Shown here: piece by piece, positions 57,896 to 64,000 of the stretch
Numbering within the stretch: position 1 is the stretch's first letter
Layout: the number at the start of each line of letters is the position of its first letter
From: Sedimentisphaerales bacterium
GTDB taxonomy: Bacteria; Planctomycetota; Phycisphaerae; Sedimentisphaerales; Anaerobacaceae
Direction of reading: 5' to 3'
Assembly (NCBI GenBank): GCA_963708075.1
Contig: OY970194.1
Coordinates: 5,984,001-6,048,000 of the forward strand
Length of the DNA stretch: 64,000 nt
The notes under the pieces: model-generated
Told to the model about the DNA's origin: nothing
What the model saw: only the letters and a program-made list of their open reading frames with translations
Databases searched by the model: none
Program-made: the position numbers and the translations under genes

Positions 57896-59107
57896 TCAAC
57901 TGCCGAGGACTTCGGTTTGGGTGGGGCCAATGAGCCTGTAGCGAATGCCTCGCCAGCGGATGGTCTGACCGAACGCGGAGGAGAGAATGAACAGGCACAA
58001 CAGTGCCGACCAGAGCCAGCAGCCGAGGATGTCGGCGGCGGCGGCCCGCCAAAGCTGAGGCCCGTACTCGCTCAGGATCTGCATGGCCATCAACTGTCGC
58101 AGCATGGCGCGCAGGACCTGCCCGGCGAAGAAGAGCGCGGGGACGGCGGCGTAAAGAAGGATGTGCTCGGCGTGCGTGGCGGCGGCGTAGCCGGCCATGG
58201 CCAGGCCGCCCCAGAGACCCACGACCGACCCGAGGCTGAGGAGAAAGGCGGCCCACCACGTCCCGGGCACATAGACCCGCGCGATCAGGAATTGCCGGCG
58301 GGCAAACTCGTAGAGGCCCGACCACGTCGTATCCTCAAAGGACGGGACCAGGCACGTGGGCACGAAGGCCACTTTCATGCCGGCTTTCTTCACAGCATGG
58401 CTGAGCGAGAGGTCGTCGCTCAGTGTGCTCCTCCAGACCTGTTCCAGATTGAGCCGGTGGAAGTCCTCGGCACAGATCGCCATGGAGCCGCCCCAGGCGT
58501 GATTGAGCCGGCTGTTGCCGAGCAGTTGTGCCACAGCGGCATTGATCGCCGATATCGCCAGGCTTGCCAGGTTGTTCTTCGTGGGGACGAACCAGCGATA
58601 GCCGGTCGCCGCGGCCCGCCCGGGTCGGCGAACAGGCCAGACCAGTTGGGAAAGCCAGTCCTCGTGAACGCACACATCCGAATCGGCAAAGGCGAACACC
58701 TGCGCGCTGTCGGGCACGCGATCGAGGGCGTAGAGCAGATTGTGGATTTTCTGGCTGCACGAGGCCGATGGACCCGCAACGAGAATTTGAATATCGGACG
58801 CTTTCGACTCCCGGCCCAGGGCCTCCTTCAACTCGCATATCTTTGCATAGGCAGGGTCCGTCTTCTCTTCCACGACGAAGAACAGGCGGTAGTTGGTATG
58901 GTCCTGCTTGAGGAATGAGGCGATATTCGTCTGGAAGCGGGCATCCAGGCCCTTGCATGGGATGATCAAGGCGACAAGACGCTCCGGGATCGGCGGTCGC
59001 TTCTTTCCGTACCTGGATCGGGCGTAATGGTAGTTGCGCAAGGCGTAGTACGAGGTCAACAACTGTGCCAGTATCGCCACCCAGGCTATATAGATGTACC
59101 ACTGCAT
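57896..59107 (-). CDS. GT2/GT21 glycosyltransferase (ceramide glucosyltransferase/HpnI-like)
   Basis: IIPCKG, QK.HNL, FADSD, WGGSMA, SDD, RRQ, C-terminal WRG.RY; N- and C-terminal TM helices. Confidence 0.85.
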   Translation of the reverse strand: MQWYIYIAWVAILAQLLTSYYALRNYHYARSRYGKKRPPIPERLVALIIPCKGLDARFQTNIASFLKQDHTNYRLFFVVEEKTDPAYAKICELKEALGRESKASDIQILVAGPSASCSQKIHNLLYALDRVPDSAQVFAFADSDVCVHEDWLSQLVWPVRRPGRAAATGYRWFVPTKNNLASLAISAINAAVAQLLGNSRLNHAWGGSMAICAEDFHRLNLEQVWRSTLSDDLSLSHAVKKAGMKVAFVPTCLVPSFEDTTWSGLYEFARRQFLIARVYVPGTWWAAFLLSLGSVVGLWGGLAMAGYAAATHAEHILLYAAVPALFFAGQVLRAMLRQLMAMQILSEYGPQLWRAAAADILGCWLWSALLCLFILSSAFGQTIRWRGIRYRLIGPTQTEVLGS

Positions 59108-59312
59108 CTCGAATCAACGGATTCCAATATAAACGCCGGCATCTAATCCGCCCCGCGCTCCTGTGTTGCAGGACCGCGGCTACAATACGCCAGATCACGC
59201 AGAAACACCAGACTATTTCATACGCACTGCGTCAATAAGCTTCGACATAGGACGCGAAATGAGAAGGTAAGAACGTGAGAGGACAGAAACGTCAGAGGGA
59301 ATTGAGCCCGGC

Positions 59313-60161
59313 TTACTCGATGGAGGCCAGAGGGATGATGGATTGGGTGAGCTCGTCGATTGCGCAGGTCTTGGCCAGATCGATCCGGAGCATGTGTCCA
59401 TGGTTGTGATCGGAGGCCAGGATGATGAGATTGTCGCCTGCCCGGCGCCATCCGTCGGGTTGAGGCTGGTGGCCCAGCACGAAGATATCCACGTCCAGCA
59501 GCCTGGCCATGTGATTGACGGTGGCCTGGCTGTGCCGGCGGCCCCAGGTCAGCAGGTACGCGGACCCGGGTTTTTTGCAGTCCTCAATGCGAAGGTCCCG
59601 CTCGAAGATCCCTGCATCAAACTGCTCGGCGAGCCGGTCGCTGGGCAGCGAGTGGGAGACCCAGATCCGGTTGGCGCATTTGACGGCCAGGGGCTGCGAG
59701 AAGAGGAACTGCCGGATTGCCAACTCGACATCGGCATGGGCAAGGCGGAATTCGCGTTCCAGGGCGGCGCTCATGGCCCGGTTCATCTCCTTGCCGTTCT
59801 TCATCACTTCGCTGCTGATGATGCACGCGGTGTCGTGGTTGCCCATGACGAAATGGACCTGGTCGGGGAAATCGAGCTTCCACTGGACGGCCTTGAACAG
59901 CAGTTGATAGGACAGGCAGCCGCCGGCGTCGTCTTCGGGTCCGCCGTGGATGATCTCCTGCAGGATGACGTGCCTGTCCGGCCGGCCGGCAAGGTTGGCG
60001 TAGGTGATGAGACGCTCCAGGTTTCTTCGATGCCCGTGGATATCGCCGCCGACAACCAGCGAGCCCCGAGCCGGCAGGTGGATGAGATTGCCACGCCGGA
60101 ACTTGTCGGTGTGGTTGGCCTGAATCCCTCTATTGAGCAGATCGATGATTGTTTGAGGCAT
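59313..60161 (-). CDS. calcineurin-like metallophosphoesterase
   Basis: GDIHG, GNHD, SHS, GHQ motifs. Confidence 0.85.
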   Translation of the reverse strand: MPQTIIDLLNRGIQANHTDKFRRGNLIHLPARGSLVVGGDIHGHRRNLERLITYANLAGRPDRHVILQEIIHGGPEDDAGGCLSYQLLFKAVQWKLDFPDQVHFVMGNHDTACIISSEVMKNGKEMNRAMSAALEREFRLAHADVELAIRQFLFSQPLAVKCANRIWVSHSLPSDRLAEQFDAGIFERDLRIEDCKKPGSAYLLTWGRRHSQATVNHMARLLDVDIFVLGHQPQPDGWRRAGDNLIILASDHNHGHMLRIDLAKTCAIDELTQSIIPLASIE

Positions 60162-61008
60162 TATTTCGATTCGCTTTTATCTTCCCGCCGAAGATGCTGT
60201 GGATCATCAGATCCAGCCTGGAGATGACGTCCATCATATTGTTGGGCCGCTCGGCAGGGTCCGCCTTGACGCAGTCCATGACAAGCTTGGACACACCGAT
60301 GGGGATCTGCTGCTTGAGCTCGTGCGGGGCATAGCATTTTTGCGGCTCGTACCGGCCCACCGTGGCGATCTTCTTGGGGATCAGCGTGGGGACGTTCTTG
60401 CCGGTCAGGGCCCAGTACATCGTGGCGCCGAGGTTGAAGATATCGGTCCGGGGCCCGAGGGTCTTGCGCTTGACCTGCTCGGGGGCGATATAGTCAGGTG
60501 TGCCCTGGATGCGAGACTTGGTGGTGCCGATGGGACAACTCTGGCCCAAGTCGATGATTTTGATCGCGCCGCTCTTGCTGATGAGGATATTGTTCGGCTT
60601 CATGTCGCAGTGGATGAAGCTGGCCTGGTGCATGGCGTTGAGGCCGGTGGCGACCATGCGAAAAACCAGCAGGACATCGCCCAGGCTCAGCGTTGTACTC
60701 TCTTCAAGCGTCTTGCCCTCGAAGTGCTCCATAGACAGGAGCATTTCGCGGACCTTGAACATACTGCGGATCTTCCGGAGTTTGTAGCATTTGCGGATGT
60801 AGGGGTGGTCGAGGCGCTGGGAGACCTTGTACTCGTTCTCGGTCTGTTCGAAAACGCGGTGGTCTTCCGGCTTCTCATAGATGAGGCGTTTGAGCGCAAC
60901 AAGCGTTCCGTCCGTCTCATCCGTGGCGAGGTAGATCGTGCTGCGAGCCCCGCTGCCGATCCGTCGGATAATTGTGAATTCCCCGACACTGAGGATATCT
61001 TTGCCCAT
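60130..61008 (-). CDS. Hanks-type Ser/Thr protein kinase
   Basis: IGSGA, VALK, HCDMKPNN, IIDLG, GTPDYIAPEQ, TDIFNLG. Confidence 0.93.
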   Translation of the reverse strand: MGKDILSVGEFTIIRRIGSGARSTIYLATDETDGTLVALKRLIYEKPEDHRVFEQTENEYKVSQRLDHPYIRKCYKLRKIRSMFKVREMLLSMEHFEGKTLEESTTLSLGDVLLVFRMVATGLNAMHQASFIHCDMKPNNILISKSGAIKIIDLGQSCPIGTTKSRIQGTPDYIAPEQVKRKTLGPRTDIFNLGATMYWALTGKNVPTLIPKKIATVGRYEPQKCYAPHELKQQIPIGVSKLVMDCVKADPAERPNNMMDVISRLDLMIHSIFGGKIKANRNNASNNHRSAQ

Positions 61009-61264
61009 ACCGTACTGAACCTAAGAGCCCTGCGGGTCAATAATAACAATCATATTTGTCTTAGATGCGCCTCATCGCTTCGGTGTTCCTCTAATTCCCG
61101 GCCGCACCCGATGAACGACGCAGCCACAAACGCGAACCCCTTGTGGCGACTCAACCAAAATACGCAAGCTGGGTAAATTAACCAGCAGGCCCATTCCTGT
61201 CCAGCATTGCTGTCACTTTATATATCGTTACAACGGGGACCCGAGATAAATCTTGACAAAAGCC

Positions 61265-61293
61265 TTGAAATTGGTTGGATGTTTAGAGATAAT
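61265..61293 (+). promoter_or_regulatory. possible tRNA promoter
   Basis: TTGAAA-N17-GATAAT, with a TTGACA 12 nt further upstream. Confidence 0.45.
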
Positions 61294-61339
61294 CATTCAT
61301 CGTCGTCGTGCGCTATGCCGATGGATGTGCCGATGCTAT

Positions 61340-61412
61340 TCCCCGATAGCTCAATTGGTAGAGCGGGCGGCTGTTAACCGCCAGGTCGTAGGTTCGAGCC
61401 CTACTCGGGGAG
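61340..61412 (+). tRNA. tRNA-Asn (GTT), CCA not encoded
   Basis: Acceptor TCCCCGA/TCGGGGA, D arm GCTC..GAGC, anticodon stem GGCGG-CTGTTAA-CCGCC, T arm GTAGG-TTCGAGC-CCTAC. Confidence 0.97.
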
Positions 61413-61561
61413 TTCCACCCAGCCGACTGTCAAACCAGCGTGTCGGTTACACCATCTGGATCATATGTGAGGGTGATATCAGCCTCACGCAAATTCGGTT
61501 TCTTTCCACTGCGCATCGTCCTGTGTGACCGGGGAAATGGATCACGAGGTCCGATAGTCCA

Positions 61562-61601
61562 TTCCCATCCCGGCTACTCCTTTCCCATCCCGGCTACTCC
61601 T
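61562..61601. repeat. perfect 20-nt tandem duplication
   Basis: TTCCCATCCCGGCTACTCCT x2. Confidence 0.85.
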
Positions 61602-61775
61602 TCCGTGCATTATAAGTCCTTATATAGCAATGGATTAGTGAATGGCTCTGAGACCGCGGTCACCCTGATCTTATGCCGGTGACAGAGCCTGATTCGGCCC
61701 GGGCACGCGAGGCGCCCCGGCCAGGGGACAACAGGACCGTCGCGCGCCAACAGGGGCATATTTTCTTCCCGGCTC

Positions 61776-61890
61776 TTGACATGGATTGGCATTTGGGGTA
61801 AAATGCGCAATAGTGAGAAGTGTGTGATAGAGAAATTAGGCAAAACACAGAACTTTTTATATTGACAACCTGGTTGCGGTATGGTAGTTT
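61776..61890 (+). promoter_or_regulatory. two tandem sigma70-type promoters
   Basis: TTGACA-N17-TAAAAT (61776-61804) and TTGACA-N17-TAGTTT (61862-61890). Confidence 0.65.
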
Positions 61891-62231
61891 TGGTAAATTA
61901 GCGAGCTGCAGATGGTGTGCAGTTCGTCTTGGCCGAGCGTAGGAACGCAGCAGATTCGGCCAAAGGTCAGGAAGGTGAGAGAGTGAGGAGGGTCGCATAA
62001 GCCGACGGATCCTCACGGGATCTGCGGCAAAACTCACTTCTCCCGTTGTCACGACGGATCGTCGAAACTCCCACGGATTGGATGGCCACCAGCGCGATTG
62101 ATGTTGGTGGCGTGCTCTCAGACAACTGAGTGAGTGGACTTTAGCGGAACGCCGTTGAAAGTGCGCACCAGACAGAAGTACGCACGGAGTGAGCAGTACG
62201 GGTGCGTGATTATTTTTGGGGGGCAAGAAAG

Positions 62232-62711
62232 ATGAGTAATCTGGCGAAGTTTCTCGCGATTGTCACCGTGTGGCTGGCGGCGGGCAGTGCCATGGGCAAT
62301 ACCCCGCCTCCGCCTCCGCCTATGGGCCCGGTACCGCCTTTCGTGAAGGTGACCATTCCCAAAGAACCGTTGCAGCTCGGGGATATCTGGTCGGGCGGAG
62401 CGTTTCAGGCCGGAGCACAGGTGAATGTCCATGTTGTGGCGAATTGTCCGTACCAGGTTGATGCTTCCTTCCGGGACCTCAAGCTCGGAACGAGCAATCA
62501 GGTGGTGTCGCCGGAGCAGTTGATGGTAGCCATCAACGGCAAGCGGACGACCCTCGGAGGACGGGTACCGATTGTCTCGTCACGACAGCCGACGCCGCTG
62601 GATGGTGTGGACATCCCGGTGGAACTGCAAGTGGGTGTGAACGATTTCATGAAGTCTCGGGCAGGCCGGTACAACGGGACCCTGGTAATAACCGTGATGG
62701 CTGTGCCATAG
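62232..62711 (+). CDS. secreted beta-rich protein, fimbrial/pilin-subunit-like
   Basis: Signal peptide, Pro-rich linker, C-terminal AG.Y.GTL.ITV strand motif. Confidence 0.6.
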   Translation: MSNLAKFLAIVTVWLAAGSAMGNTPPPPPPMGPVPPFVKVTIPKEPLQLGDIWSGGAFQAGAQVNVHVVANCPYQVDASFRDLKLGTSNQVVSPEQLMVAINGKRTTLGGRVPIVSSRQPTPLDGVDIPVELQVGVNDFMKSRAGRYNGTLVITVMAVP

Positions 62712-63172
62712 CACGGAAGAGGGTGATGAAACAGGGCCTCACAGACCGGCTTCATCAAGCTTTGTCATGTGAATAGTGCTTTTGTAGGTTGCCCAGAACC
62801 TATGGAATGGTGCGATCCCAGGTAGAGGCCCCCCCCTGAAAAGGGACGGGGAGAAAGGAGGTAAGGTGATGACGAAGTGACATCTCGCAGGCTTCTATGA
62901 GCCTGCGGGTCGCTTGCGGGACTCGGCCCCCCTCGAGCGATAGGATGATGTCAAATGCCAAGTGGGAATGAAAATCGCAGGTCAAACTCAGGTGGATTCA
63001 GGGCCGCGATTACTCGGGTGTACAGCGGGCAAACCCGGGTGGATTGTACAACGCAGTGTTGCCCGCAGGAGTGTGCGGCGTAGGCACGTAGCCGAGCCGA
63101 AAAAACTGGGTGTAGCTCCTGTGGCTGTATCGGCCAATTCGGAGCGAGGGTTAAGTTAGAAAGGAAGTGAAG

Positions 63173-63631
63173 ATGTTGAAGAGAAGTATTCTTGCAGTAG
63201 CTGTCGTTGCTCTGCTGGCCGTGGGCGTACAAGCTGGCGAAATCAAAACCCATGAGTGGCCCTGCACGTTCGTTGCCCTGGAAATCACCTCGATTCCAGT
63301 CGTGATGGACATTGGCTACTATGTCCGGATCAAGGATCAGGACAAGCTGCGGATCAAGTTGGTGCAGGATGAGCAGGACATCCACAAGTTCAAGGGCTGT
63401 GTGGATATGGTTGTCGAGAGCAACTTCAACCTGGTCCTGAGCGCGAGCATCAGCAAGACCGGCGCGATTGATGGCGATTATGCCGTCAGCCTCGATCCGA
63501 GCAGCGCCAATGCGGGCAGCACGACCGTGAAGGTCTGCGCGACCCTGACGAAGGCCAACCTGACCGGCCAGGCCGCCGGCACCAAAGATGTGCAGGTTGC
63601 GACCGTGAAGATTAAGGTGAAGCCTGCCTAA
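63173..63631 (+). CDS. secreted beta-rich protein, possible major fimbrial subunit
   Basis: RBS AAGGAAG, signal peptide ending VQA, alternating beta pattern, C-terminal VATVKIKVKP. Confidence 0.6.
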   Translation: MLKRSILAVAVVALLAVGVQAGEIKTHEWPCTFVALEITSIPVVMDIGYYVRIKDQDKLRIKLVQDEQDIHKFKGCVDMVVESNFNLVLSASISKTGAIDGDYAVSLDPSSANAGSTTVKVCATLTKANLTGQAAGTKDVQVATVKIKVKPA

Positions 63632-64000
63632 CGAAGCCGTACAACGGCTATGCTCAGGGCGACATGACGCCGTACTGGTGTTGATGATCGTCTCTGGGTA
63701 GGTGAATCCCAAGGGGAGGATGGACCTACAGGTCCATCTCTCCCCTTCTTCTTATGTCTGGGTAAACGGCCCCCGCAGTCGAGTTCCCAGCTACCAGTCA
63801 GCAGGCATCACAGGTGGGGTTCGCGTGCACACGCATGATATCAGGACTGCTGCTCGGTCTCATTCACTTCCTCTGTCGTGTCCGCGAGGATCCAAAGGTC
63901 TGTTTTTGCCGATAAACCCGCCCCCTTCGATCGAGGGTGAAAATAGGGAAAATCGGCGGGATAGAGAGAATAGCCCTTGACAAAGCCTTTCAAATTTGGT

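Noticed and set aside
61900..63170. c-di-GMP riboswitch in the pilin-like leaders
   Set aside because: GCAAA-like words occur, but the paired GNRA loop/receptor architecture was not evident
61412..64000. tRNA-anchored integrative element
   Set aside because: No integrase next to tRNA-Asn and no duplicated tRNA 3' end seen within the window

Overview
GC-rich bacterial chromosomal segment, most likely from a Planctomycetota (Phycisphaerae/Sedimentisphaerales-like) organism. This is an inference from the Minf_1886-type protein, the GLUG/PASTA surface protein and the repeat families. The backbone is housekeeping: dnaE 3' end, tmk-holB-ricT-metG, dapF, clpC, dcd, argB-argD-argF, ahcY and tRNA-Asn. 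Accessory genes include GNATs, PhzF, a methyltransferase, a serpin, twin B12-radical SAM enzymes, twin M14 peptidases, an autotransporter, an ABC exporter, a kinase/phosphatase pair and pilin-like proteins. No transposase, integrase, cas gene or true CRISPR array was found. The most notable items are: (1) a WD40-Roc-COR-Zn ribbon-TIR protein with near-identical 126-nt WD40 repeats, a candidate immune receptor; (2) beside it, a divergent near-consensus promoter firing into a non-coding array of five ATTGGCTTTGTT repeats whose spacers each carry a different short-repeat motif; (3) a complete promoter / leader peptide / antiterminator / terminator attenuator in front of a methyltransferase-GNAT-PhzF-dapF gene run; (4) the same REP doublet embedded in-frame inside both dapF and the serpin; (5) inverted heptamer arrays starting exactly after TAA stop codons; (6) RNase HI-PurN and QueG-like-GNAT fusions; (7) two single-base frameshifts. 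All functional calls come from motif recognition by eye; no searches were run.
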